NCBI GenBank assembly: GCA_036339465.1 | Contig: JAYZAY010000085.1 | Location: 32,001-96,000, forward strand | Source of the DNA: Myxococcota bacterium | Lineage (GTDB): Bacteria; Myxococcota; XYA12-FULL-58-9; JABJBS01 | DNA length: 64,000 nucleotides | Reading direction: 5' to 3' | Shown: positions 50,274 through 59,725 of the stretch, in pieces | How positions within the stretch are numbered: the stretch's first letter is position 1 | Layout of the letters: every line of letters begins with the position of its first letter | Translations under genes and position numbers: made by a program | The notes under the pieces: generated by a model | What the model saw: only the letters and a program-made list of their open reading frames with translations | Told to the model about the DNA's origin: nothing | The model's database searches: none

Positions 50274-51865
50274 AAATCACCTAGGGCTTGGGCCTCTCTT
50301 AATTGTTTAATTTTGTTTCTAACAATTGGGAGCTCGGGTTCTGTCGCCGGGGACAGAGATACAAATTTCTCATAATTTTGCAACGCTTCCTTTTTAAGTC
50401 CTTGACGGTTTTGTGTTTCTGCGAGCCCAAAATAAGAAGCAGGATAGTCTTCTCTTAGGGTGATCGCTTGTTGGAAGGCTTTGGAGGCTTGGCTATCTTG
50501 CTTAAGATCGAGCCAGCACCAGCCCATACCCACGTAAATTTCAGGCAAGTTTGGGTTAAGCTGTGCGGCTTGCTGGTAGTATCCAATGGCCTGTTTAGCC
50601 CGATCGCTGAATCGATGCCGTTCGGCGGTTCTGAGGAGGGATTGAAGAGTTGGTTGGGGATCCGTTTTTTTCTCGGGCGTGCGTGGAATGGCGATTTCTT
50701 GATTTGGAGAATCTGCGGCGGTTTTCGACTTTTCTTTTTTGGAGGCTTTTGGGTTGGTCATTTCCATAGCGAGTCGTTTTTGAAGCGCAAGAGCAACGGG
50801 ATGATTTGGGAATCGTTCATGTCCTCCTTTGAGGACCTTTTCTGCTTCATCGAATTTAGTGAGGCGGATGAAATCACTGACGATTCGAAAACGGATATCG
50901 AAATTTCCCGGTTCTTGTTCGAGGTATTTTAACGATTTTTCCATATTTTTTCGGGTTAAGTTGTCGGGCAGTAGTAGGGACAGCTTTGGTGTTGCCTCCA
51001 CAGCTTCTAGGCGTACTTTTTCTCTCATGAAATCATCTGACTTTTTCTTTCGAACAAAGAACTCCGCGAGAATATAATGTCCTATAGGATTTCTGGGGGT
51101 TCTTTGTGTCAATTGCATGGCTGCGAGAAATGCACCTTCAAGGTAGACTGCTTGATTGGGCAAACTCAGGGGGGCCAGAAGTGGGATATTATAGGCCCTG
51201 GAGAGTTGCAGATAGTCGTACAGTGAAAGCTGGATCAGAGCGATGGATTCATAGAATTCATCGAGGTGTTTTAAGCTGGGTTCAAGACTCTTAAGTAGGT
51301 CTAGGGACTTGAGCAGTCTAGACTGGGTATAGCCCAGTCTTTGGATTTGTGCGTCTCGAATCACGGTTAGAGAGTTTTCTGTTTGTTGGACCGGGGCAGG
51401 GAGGGTATGGAGACGATAAATTGCGACAAATAATGTACCGAGCAGAAGGGCCACGGTGAAAACTAAAGCTGAAACCGTACGGTGGTGCCTAAGGCGATAA
51501 CTTTGATATCGACCAGTTAAGGTGCTGACTTCAAGTTCACTTAGTCTGGGGTCGGCCTCCGAGAGCACAACTTCATTTTCGAGGGTCATTGAAGTGGAAC
51601 CGAGCAATGAGCTTGTTCGGGCTGCAGCGGAAAAGAAAGGAGCAAATTCCGGGAGTTGTTTGAGGGAAATCCAAACGTCGCCGTTTCTGGAAACAGCATC
51701 GCTGACCTCGACTTTACCCGCGAGGATCTCTCTGTGTAACTCTGAGAGACCGTCGATTTCTTGGATGCTTCCATCGATTTTTTTGATCAAGAAGGGGAGG
51801 ACCTGTTTTTCTGGATTTGGTGCCTCTTCAGGGGGCGAAATTTTGGATGGAGTATCTGTGGCCAT
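50270..51865 (-). CDS. Membrane-anchored TPR protein
   Basis: N-terminal GYF_2-like segment (D.VSRNG..W..L...PEF), one TM helix, C-terminal TPRs. Confidence 0.7.
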   Translation of the reverse strand: MATDTPSKISPPEEAPNPEKQVLPFLIKKIDGSIQEIDGLSELHREILAGKVEVSDAVSRNGDVWISLKQLPEFAPFFSAAARTSSLLGSTSMTLENEVVLSEADPRLSELEVSTLTGRYQSYRLRHHRTVSALVFTVALLLGTLFVAIYRLHTLPAPVQQTENSLTVIRDAQIQRLGYTQSRLLKSLDLLKSLEPSLKHLDEFYESIALIQLSLYDYLQLSRAYNIPLLAPLSLPNQAVYLEGAFLAAMQLTQRTPRNPIGHYILAEFFVRKKKSDDFMREKVRLEAVEATPKLSLLLPDNLTRKNMEKSLKYLEQEPGNFDIRFRIVSDFIRLTKFDEAEKVLKGGHERFPNHPVALALQKRLAMEMTNPKASKKEKSKTAADSPNQEIAIPRTPEKKTDPQPTLQSLLRTAERHRFSDRAKQAIGYYQQAAQLNPNLPEIYVGMGWCWLDLKQDSQASKAFQQAITLREDYPASYFGLAETQNRQGLKKEALQNYEKFVSLSPATEPELPIVRNKIKQLREAQALGDL

Positions 51866-51935
51866 CGGGTATTTCCATAAAGAGGTTTTAGTACTTGTCC
51901 GGATTCCTCTGACTCGTCGCTAAGTATTCATCACT

Positions 51936-54113
51936 CTAGGCGGGATTCACAAATCGTGCAACGATTGTCTTGGTGCCAATCCCTGGAAATGTCACAGTCA
52001 ATTTACGATTCTTGCCATCGCCGTGGGATTGAATGACCTTACCTTGCCCAAAAGTGGCATGGAGAACGGCTTTGCCCGGTGCAAACGGGTCATTGGTTTG
52101 AACCGGCCTGTTAAATACAGGCAAATTTTCGGTGTTTTCGTCGACTCCCCAGGCATTGAAAGCCGGTGGTTTGGATTTACTCTGGTTGGTGTTGGTTAGA
52201 AGGATGCAGTCGTCTGGTAATTCGCTAATGAACCTAGATATTTCTGACCATTTGGTGGAACCAAAAACGGTTCGGATTCGGCAGGATGAAAGAGATAGGC
52301 TTTCTTTTGCCCGGGTAATGCCGACGTAGCAGAGTCTTCGTTCTTCCTCGAGTTCCTCAGTGGACTCTAAGCTTCGATTATGTGGAAACATCCCTTCTTC
52401 AAAGCCCGGAATAAAGACTTTCTTAAACTCGAGCCCTTTAGATGCATGAAGGGTCATTAGTGAAACGGTTTCATCGGTGTCATTGAGATTATCAAGGTCT
52501 GTAGCCAGAGCGACTTCTTCGAGAAAGAGCTCCAATGAGGGTTCTTCGACGATATCGCAGTACTCGTGAAGTGCGGCTAAAAGTTCGGATACGTTTTCAA
52601 GGCGTTCTGTTGCTTCTTCATTGTCTTGCTCTTTAAGGCTGTCTAAGTAGCCGAAGTCTCGAAGCATGTTTTCGGCTAGGTCGCCTGGGTTTTCCTGTTG
52701 TGATTGCTCCTGATGTTTTTCAAAACAGGCAAGAAAATCTCGTAATTTGGTCCGCAGCCTACTTTGAACTTCGCCGGCGCCCTCCGCAAATGCTTTGGAC
52801 GCTTCAAGGAGAGAGCTATCTGCACCAGAGGCATAAGCCTGGAGTTTTTGCAGGGATGTTTTGCCAATACCACGAGCGGGAACATTGATGATTCTTAGGA
52901 AATCCATGTCTGATTTCGGGTTTAGGAGCAGTCTCAAATAGGCCAAAGCATCTTTAATTTCTTTTCGGTCATAGAAGCGAATTCCTCCGTAGATGGCGTA
53001 GTTAATCTTTAAGCGCCGAAGGGCATCTTCAAGGGGGCGACTTTGTGCGTTTGTTCTGTAGAGGATAGCGATGCTGGTGGCACACTCGCCGGCATTGAGT
53101 CGGTTGTGAATATCAAGAGCGATGGCATCAGCTTCTTCTCTTTCCGTAGCAAAAACTCTGAAGTCAATTTTCGAGCCTTTTGGGAGTTTTGTGTATAGCG
53201 TTTTACCTTTTCTGGCTTGATTGTTGGCTATAACTGCATTGGCTGCTTTGAGAATGATTGGAGTTGAGCGGTAATTTTCTTCCAATCGAACGACTTTGGA
53301 GCCGGTATAGTCTTCCTCAAAACGCAGGATATTTTGAATATCGGCTCCCCGCCAGCGGTAGATAGACTGGTCATCATCTCCGACAACGGTGAGACTTTTA
53401 CCGCCTTCGGCTAGATATTTGAGGAGTTGGTACTGCACTGGATTTGTGTCTTGATATTCGTCGACTAAGAGATGAGACCAGGCGAGGTTCGCAAAGCGCC
53501 TCAGCTCAGTATCCGATTGGAGTAGAAAAACGACGTTAAGGAGTAGGCTACCGAAATCAACGGCATTGGAGTTCCGAAGTTTTTTTTCATAGAGTTTGTA
53601 GATTTCGGCAGCTCGCTGCTCATTCATATCAAATTGTGAGGGTTGGACGTAGTCGGCTCTGAGGCCCTGGTTTTTCCACTTTTCAATAATGCTTCTAATT
53701 AATCGGGGGGGGAAAACTTGATGGTCTAGGTTTAGCTCAATGAGGCATTGTTTTATGGCCTGAAGCTGATCATCTTGATCATAGATGACGTAATGGGAAT
53801 CTAATCCTAAGGGCGAACCAAATTTTCTAAGCATTTTGCCACAGAAGCTATGGAAAGTACTTACATGGAGAGCGTATTCAGGGACCCCCGTGAGTTGGCT
53901 GACTCGAAACCGCATTTCTTTAGCCGCCTTGTTGGTAAAGGTCATGGCTAAGATTTTGTCGGGGGCGACTCCGTTTTCGAAAATAAAATGAGCAATCCGG
54001 TAGGTAATCGCTGTGGTTTTCCCGGTGCCGGCTCCCGCCAATACGAGGAGGGGTGAATTGTCATGGAGAACGGACTCTCGTTGCGCAGCGTTCAATTTAC
54101 TTAAATCAAGCAT
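51936..54113 (-). CDS. uvrD: UvrD/PcrA DNA helicase
   Basis: LN.AQ, AGAGTGKT, TFTNKAA.EM, VDEYQDTN, QSIYRWRGA, EEERRL.YV..TRA; ATG 54113 preferred. Confidence 0.95.
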   Translation of the reverse strand: MLDLSKLNAAQRESVLHDNSPLLVLAGAGTGKTTAITYRIAHFIFENGVAPDKILAMTFTNKAAKEMRFRVSQLTGVPEYALHVSTFHSFCGKMLRKFGSPLGLDSHYVIYDQDDQLQAIKQCLIELNLDHQVFPPRLIRSIIEKWKNQGLRADYVQPSQFDMNEQRAAEIYKLYEKKLRNSNAVDFGSLLLNVVFLLQSDTELRRFANLAWSHLLVDEYQDTNPVQYQLLKYLAEGGKSLTVVGDDDQSIYRWRGADIQNILRFEEDYTGSKVVRLEENYRSTPIILKAANAVIANNQARKGKTLYTKLPKGSKIDFRVFATEREEADAIALDIHNRLNAGECATSIAILYRTNAQSRPLEDALRRLKINYAIYGGIRFYDRKEIKDALAYLRLLLNPKSDMDFLRIINVPARGIGKTSLQKLQAYASGADSSLLEASKAFAEGAGEVQSRLRTKLRDFLACFEKHQEQSQQENPGDLAENMLRDFGYLDSLKEQDNEEATERLENVSELLAALHEYCDIVEEPSLELFLEEVALATDLDNLNDTDETVSLMTLHASKGLEFKKVFIPGFEEGMFPHNRSLESTEELEEERRLCYVGITRAKESLSLSSCRIRTVFGSTKWSEISRFISELPDDCILLTNTNQSKSKPPAFNAWGVDENTENLPVFNRPVQTNDPFAPGKAVLHATFGQGKVIQSHGDGKNRKLTVTFPGIGTKTIVARFVNPA

Positions 54114-54231
54114 CCTTAGCCATTTGCCTTTTATCGTGAATGTGAGCGTCTCTGTGGCTTGTGCGCCACGTATGCCCATGGCAATCTCATAAATTAGAAA
54201 CGGCTGCAATGTATGGGCAGGATGCGAGTGA

Positions 54232-55410
54232 GTGTTTATGGTTTTCGATGTTAATTTGCTAGAAGATTTCAAAGCTACTCCCTTGGAGTCATTGATCTTT
54301 CGTCTTTTAGAGGGGAGTCCCATTTCTTTGCGGGAATTGGCAGAGTTAGCCCAGTCGTTACCGATGCCAGATGAAAAGATAAACCATGAGGAGTTTTTTC
54401 CTTGCCATCGTGGGACGTGGTTTATTGGATTGCAACCCCAGGGAGAGTGGTTTTCAAAGGCTTCGCCTCCAAATTTATTGTTTTGTGATATATCTAGCTT
54501 CTTGACTTGGATGGTCCGACTGAGCTGGTCCTTGGCGGCTCGAAATGAGCTGGAGTCGATTTCGGGCTTAGTGGTAGCAGATAGGTCATTGTCGTGGTCG
54601 GCATTGGAGAGAAAGTTTCGGAGACGTATAGGACGATTTTGGGAAATTCAAAAATCAAGCCTTTTGAACTTGGATTCTACAGCCTTGGTTTTGGGGTATC
54701 ATGACTTTCTTGGTGGTGTTTCCGGTTATCGTCGTTGGCTCCGTGAGTGCTGCGAAGATGCGCCGGAGGGGACTTCTGCAGATGGGATTGAAGATGGAAG
54801 AAGTATGGCATGGATGACTTTTGAAGGTGAACTTCTTCGGAACTCGCAGTCTGTTGTTCGTGGGTTGGAATTCAAGGAGCACCAAGTTGGACTCTGGCGA
54901 GATTACGGTCCCCATGGAGTAGGAGGATTTGTTTGGCGCGGTTCGAATGAGTTTCTAGAGGGTGAGCTTTCGAAAATGGATTTGAATTTACCTGAGGAAA
55001 TTAGAGCCCTCTCTTATTTTCGACTTTGCCCTTTCGACCATTGGGTGCCTAGCAATCGTCATTATCTTTCTCGCCTATTGTCACAATATGAAAAATACTG
55101 CTTTCATGATGAGATGATGACTCCGGAGGTCGTCTCTTGGCAGGGTATGACCGACGCATTACCCCATCTTATTTCTCCCGGTTTGTTTGTGAACAAGATC
55201 AAGGAAAAGGTTGAATCTCAGAAAGAATCCCAGCTCGACAGGAAAGCCTCTGAGTCTTCTCCAAAAGAGTCCTCAAGAGAAGCGCCACCGAAGGATGAAG
55301 CGCTGGGAGTTCTTAAGGAAAAGTTAGAAAAGGTTTTTGGGAAAAACAAACCAACTTTATCGGATGTGCCCAAACCAATGGTGCCACCACGATTCCGTAT
55401 CAAGGTATAG
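54232..55410 (+). CDS. Hypothetical protein
   Basis: 392-aa ORF divergent from uvrD; no recognised motif. Confidence 0.6.
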   Translation: MFMVFDVNLLEDFKATPLESLIFRLLEGSPISLRELAELAQSLPMPDEKINHEEFFPCHRGTWFIGLQPQGEWFSKASPPNLLFCDISSFLTWMVRLSWSLAARNELESISGLVVADRSLSWSALERKFRRRIGRFWEIQKSSLLNLDSTALVLGYHDFLGGVSGYRRWLRECCEDAPEGTSADGIEDGRSMAWMTFEGELLRNSQSVVRGLEFKEHQVGLWRDYGPHGVGGFVWRGSNEFLEGELSKMDLNLPEEIRALSYFRLCPFDHWVPSNRHYLSRLLSQYEKYCFHDEMMTPEVVSWQGMTDALPHLISPGLFVNKIKEKVESQKESQLDRKASESSPKESSREAPPKDEALGVLKEKLEKVFGKNKPTLSDVPKPMVPPRFRIKV

Positions 55411-55419
55411 AGAAAAATC

Positions 55420-55761
55420 CTATGTGGACGTGTTGCGGCGCTCATTAACGATTTCGGCGATGAGTGTTTCTGAATCCGGATCGAGGTTAACAAACTCTAC
55501 GCCCATTCCTGGGTGTTCACTGGCAGGTGGATTGATGTGGACGACGCGTCCCAATCCTTCGAGCAGACTTGAATCAGTCAATTGAAATTGGAGATAAATC
55601 ATTGCGCCAATTTTATGTGGTGTCGTGGTTTTTATGAAAATGCCATGGGTGGAAATATTGCAGGCATATTCTGCTTCGAAACTATCGCGGCTATCGAACT
55701 TGATTTGCAAAAGCAGGTTCAATGGGACTCGGCTTGCTAGCCTACGTTCATTTTCTACCAT
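55420..55761 (-). CDS. PilZ-domain protein
   Basis: ERR..SR (RxxxR), NISTHGIFI (D/NxSxxG), GMGVEF. Confidence 0.88.
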   Translation of the reverse strand: MVENERRLASRVPLNLLLQIKFDSRDSFEAEYACNISTHGIFIKTTTPHKIGAMIYLQFQLTDSSLLEGLGRVVHINPPASEHPGMGVEFVNLDPDSETLIAEIVNERRNTST

Positions 55762-55826
55762 TCGTTTCCCCCTTTCGTATTCTAACGGGGAGTAACTGTT
55801 TTTGGCAATGACCGTTTCTGAGAGGT

Positions 55827-57191
55827 TTAGGGAGTGAGATAATCCATGAGGGTGTTGACGTTCCTTATTCCAATGACTTCGGCCCGGATTTCAGATTCAA
55901 GAGAGGTCCGTTCAAGGTCGATCGCGGGAACGTAACATTGATTGAACCCAAGAGATTGTGCTTCTTGTAGACGGATTTCAAGGCCGGTCACCCCACGGAT
56001 TTCTCCGGAGAGGCCGACTTCTCCTATGAAAATTGCTTTGGGAGCAATGGCGTTTTGGGTTATTGAAGACGATAAAGCAGCAATAATGCCCAAATCAGCG
56101 GCGGGTTCTTGAATCCTGACACCGCCAGCAACGTTGACGTAGAGATCTAGGCCCCCCATTTCTAGGCCACATCGAGCTTCTAGGACAGCCCCCAGTATCG
56201 CTATTCGCTGTTGGTCTACACCGACAGTCGTTCGTCTTGGGGAGCCATAGACGGCGGGGGTTACAAGGGTTTGGACTTCTAGAAGGAGAGGGCGCGATCC
56301 CTCTAAGGAGGAAACAACCGCCGTCCCGGGTCCGTCTGAGCGTTGGCTCAGAAAAAGTTCTGAAGGATTGGTGACCGGCTTCAAACCATCGCTCATCATT
56401 TCGAAAACCCCAATCTCACGGGCGGATCCAAAGCGATTTTTGTGTGCCCGGAGTATACGGTAAGAGCCTGTTCGCTCACCTTCGAAATAGAGGACGGTGT
56501 CTACCATGTGTTCGAGCAGTTTGGGTCCGGCGATAGCGCCCTCTTTGGTAACATGCCCCACCACAAATGTAGGTAAATCTCGCTGTTTCGCAATTCCCAT
56601 TAGTCGATTGGTCACTTCTCGAATTTGGCTAACAGAACCCACCGAGCTCGCTACTTCTGAGGTCCCGATGGTCTGAATGGAGTCGATAATAAGTACGGCG
56701 GGATTCAATTCATCCAGGGAATGTTCGATGGCCTCCAGGCTTGTTTCTGGAAATATGTAGAGTTGGGAAGCTTGGGTTGTAAGTCTTTCACTTCTCAATC
56801 GAACTTGTTGCGCAGACTCCTCACCGGTAACGTAAAGAACAGGTTTATTGAGTTCGTTGGCAAGGTTGCCTGCTGCCTGAAGCAGTAGCGTCGATTTACC
56901 TATTCCTGGATCTCCTCCCACCAGTATGAGCGAGCCAAGCACAAGTCCCCCTCCCAAAACCTGATCAAGTTCTGGGATACCGGTGGCAAGGCGAGGGCAA
57001 TCAAGTGTTTCAATCTCCAGGACAGGTATGGGGCGCGTGGTGGTGCGTTCGAGGGGCGCAGTGCCCTTGGATTTGGTTATAAATTCTTCTGCTAAGGAAC
57101 CCCAAGAGTCACAGCTAGGGCAGCGTCCCAGCCACTTGCTTTCTTGGTGTCGGCAGGATTGACAAACGAATTGGGTTTTCGACTTGGGCAT
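55827..57191 (-). CDS. radA: DNA repair protein RadA/Sms
   Basis: C4 Zn finger, GDPGIGKSTL, KNRFG, Lon-like C-terminal domain. Confidence 0.97.
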   Translation of the reverse strand: MPKSKTQFVCQSCRHQESKWLGRCPSCDSWGSLAEEFITKSKGTAPLERTTTRPIPVLEIETLDCPRLATGIPELDQVLGGGLVLGSLILVGGDPGIGKSTLLLQAAGNLANELNKPVLYVTGEESAQQVRLRSERLTTQASQLYIFPETSLEAIEHSLDELNPAVLIIDSIQTIGTSEVASSVGSVSQIREVTNRLMGIAKQRDLPTFVVGHVTKEGAIAGPKLLEHMVDTVLYFEGERTGSYRILRAHKNRFGSAREIGVFEMMSDGLKPVTNPSELFLSQRSDGPGTAVVSSLEGSRPLLLEVQTLVTPAVYGSPRRTTVGVDQQRIAILGAVLEARCGLEMGGLDLYVNVAGGVRIQEPAADLGIIAALSSSITQNAIAPKAIFIGEVGLSGEIRGVTGLEIRLQEAQSLGFNQCYVPAIDLERTSLESEIRAEVIGIRNVNTLMDYLTP

Positions 57192-57257
57192 GACCGCTCA
57201 AATAATCCGATTATTGGGAAATTGCACGTATGGAGAGTCACTCTTCATTTGTGGGGA

Positions 57258-59609
57258 TTAATTTTGGTACATGGATGAAGGGAGATCGATGAGTTCACCG
57301 AGTTCCTCGGCTTCTGCGATCAAAGAAGCCACCAATCGGTGACTTCTATGGAGCACATTGACCTGTTCTTTTACTTTCTGGCTGCGGTTCTCTTCAATCC
57401 GAAGAGTTTGGTAGAAAGCGCGCTTCATTTGCTCTACAAACTCTTCGTTATCGAGGATACCGGGTACCAATGCGTGGAGTCGATCGAAGATGTCCTGAAG
57501 CACATATTCAGTTAAATTGACTTTTCTATCCGTTGTAGATTGGCTTTTGGCTTCTTCGGTTTGACCGAGAGGGATCTCAAAGAGGATGGCGAAAAGGACT
57601 AAGTTTTCTTCGGGGGTTCCATAAAATTCTTCCATGGTTTTCCCGTTGCCAGGGGACATGCTGTCCTGGAGTGCGAGCAGGGTTACGGGGCCAATTTGGC
57701 TTTTTCGGTCTCCTGCTTCTACTTGCTGGAGCCACCGTTTCGAGGCGCAAGAGTAGTAAAGCAGAGCGCGGATGAGTTCTTCTTGCTCTCCACCCAGCCC
57801 TTCCCGTTGTGTCCGGGCGATGAAATTATTGAGGGATTCGTCCTCGCGTGGCCAGATGGGCAGCTCCGCCTCTTTTTGAATCCGGGCGATGATGAAGCGT
57901 TCAATCATTTCTGCCGTTTTTCCGGGAATGTGCACATTCCCTTGGGCATCAATGAGCTCCACGCGTTTTAGGGCGTTTTCCACAAGTTGTTTTTGCCCAG
58001 GTTCGAATTCTCCATTGCGATTCACAAGTCCCAAATGAACGGGGAGCAGGAGTTCGGGAGCTTTTCGAAAGAATAGGAGCTCGGAACTCGATAAAATACC
58101 ATTGTTAAGCTTTAGGGCGTAGGCATCTGTGGATTCTCCGGGCTCTTGTATGACCAGTTGGCCAGGTTCGACAAAAACCGTGTCTGGCTCCACGGTTGGC
58201 GTTTGGCTCGGAGGGGTTGGAATCTCCTGGGTGATATGTGTGTTGTCAACGGGGGGACGATTGTGTTCAGGTGTGGTGAGTTCTCCAGTCGCTTCCTGGT
58301 CTTGGCGACCGATTTCTACCTTTGTCGCAACGTCATCAACTTTTTCTTCCAAGCGAGTTAGTTGTTCTAGTTGTTTGGTTAGGTCATTTTGGCGTTGTGC
58401 AGGAGCTTTGGGTTTCGCCAAACGAACGCGACTGGCTTGGTTGTGCTGTGTGGCTTCTTGGATTTCTCGCCAGACGGGGTTTTGGTGTGATTTAAATTTT
58501 CTGGCAGCTTCTTGCCCTTGAGTCGAATCGATGGCGAGAAGAATCTGCTTTTCTGTGGGGAGGAAAAGGAGTTCTCGTCGTTCGTCAAGATCGGTGGTGT
58601 CAAGTCGGTTGACGCGAGCGAGAAAAATAAGGATATTTTCCTTAAGCGCTTTTTTCTCTTTTTCATCTACATCCGCATTTTCAATGAGTGAGCCGTAGAG
58701 TTCGTCAGCGATTTCCAGTAAGTCGTCACCAGGTTCCGGCTGGTATAGATTGCCCAGTGTTGGGGTGTCTTTGAGTGCCCGGTCAGCCAGGATTTGGCGT
58801 ACGACGTTTCGAGAGAGTTGTTTTGGGTGGTAGTTTTTGCCAGGCCCATGTTGTTGAAATCGAGGATGGGCTTTTGCTCGTTTCACATTGAGTGCCGCTC
58901 TGTGCTTTTGTTGAGCGATGATTGGTTTCCAATGTTTGGTGTGTGGAATGTAGATAACGTCGAGATTTTTTTGAGAAGGTTTGAGTTTGTTTGTGTAGGC
59001 TGTGACGCTGATCAGCGTCTTGATCGTGTCTTCATCATAGTTTCTGTAGGTTTTTCGTATAATGTCCTCAAGATTTTGGTTTGGCTCGACCACCAAGAAT
59101 GTACTGCGTTCCAAGAGAGGTAATTTCCTGCCGATGTTTTGTGGATGGACTTCGTAATATAAGGTTTCAACCGTGGGGAGCGTGATAGCGGGAGGGGGAG
59201 GCTCTGAAAGAGAGAATCCGTTTGCTTCGGCAATACGTTTGAGAATTGGTTCTGAAATTGTGTTGACTCGAAAAAAACGGGCCACGGCATTTTGCCAGGA
59301 TTCATTGGGTCTGAGGTTGAGCCGAAAACCGTTCCTCAGAAACTGAGGATCCCTCGGCCCAGCAGTGGGGCCGTGTGGTTTACTGGTGTCCTTATGGATG
59401 GTAACGCTTTTTGGGGGAACTGGCTCGGGGACAGGTAATTTCTTATTGGGCTTGGGCTCTAGAACGTCTGCCATTGGCTCCATCTTAACGCTATTTGCAG
59501 GCCCGGTGGGTTTCTTGGGGGGAGTCGGTATCAATTGGGATTGTTTGGAAAGCTGCCTGATTGAAAGATGAGTATCACCCTTTGGGACTGACTTTGGCTT
59601 ATCAACCAT
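57258..59609 (-). CDS. Large hypothetical protein with degenerate LysM-like repeats
   Basis: Repeated P(G/N)(D/E/Q)xL..I...Y....N.L....LP pattern; Pro/Lys-rich N-terminus. Confidence 0.55.
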   Translation of the reverse strand: MVDKPKSVPKGDTHLSIRQLSKQSQLIPTPPKKPTGPANSVKMEPMADVLEPKPNKKLPVPEPVPPKSVTIHKDTSKPHGPTAGPRDPQFLRNGFRLNLRPNESWQNAVARFFRVNTISEPILKRIAEANGFSLSEPPPPAITLPTVETLYYEVHPQNIGRKLPLLERSTFLVVEPNQNLEDIIRKTYRNYDEDTIKTLISVTAYTNKLKPSQKNLDVIYIPHTKHWKPIIAQQKHRAALNVKRAKAHPRFQQHGPGKNYHPKQLSRNVVRQILADRALKDTPTLGNLYQPEPGDDLLEIADELYGSLIENADVDEKEKKALKENILIFLARVNRLDTTDLDERRELLFLPTEKQILLAIDSTQGQEAARKFKSHQNPVWREIQEATQHNQASRVRLAKPKAPAQRQNDLTKQLEQLTRLEEKVDDVATKVEIGRQDQEATGELTTPEHNRPPVDNTHITQEIPTPPSQTPTVEPDTVFVEPGQLVIQEPGESTDAYALKLNNGILSSSELLFFRKAPELLLPVHLGLVNRNGEFEPGQKQLVENALKRVELIDAQGNVHIPGKTAEMIERFIIARIQKEAELPIWPREDESLNNFIARTQREGLGGEQEELIRALLYYSCASKRWLQQVEAGDRKSQIGPVTLLALQDSMSPGNGKTMEEFYGTPEENLVLFAILFEIPLGQTEEAKSQSTTDRKVNLTEYVLQDIFDRLHALVPGILDNEEFVEQMKRAFYQTLRIEENRSQKVKEQVNVLHRSHRLVASLIAEAEELGELIDLPSSMYQN

Positions 59610-59725
59610 CGTATTACCGCCTTAGAATACCGGAGCAGGTAAGCTCTACCCTATTCTCGCAATGTAGCGGCAGATTCACAAAGGTGTCGCGTAAGAAATC
59701 TAAATTTTTTTGAAATTATTGGGGC

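Noticed and set aside
57201..57215. AATAATC-C-GATTATT palindrome before radA as a LexA site
   Set aside because: No resemblance to the LexA motif; short and AT-rich
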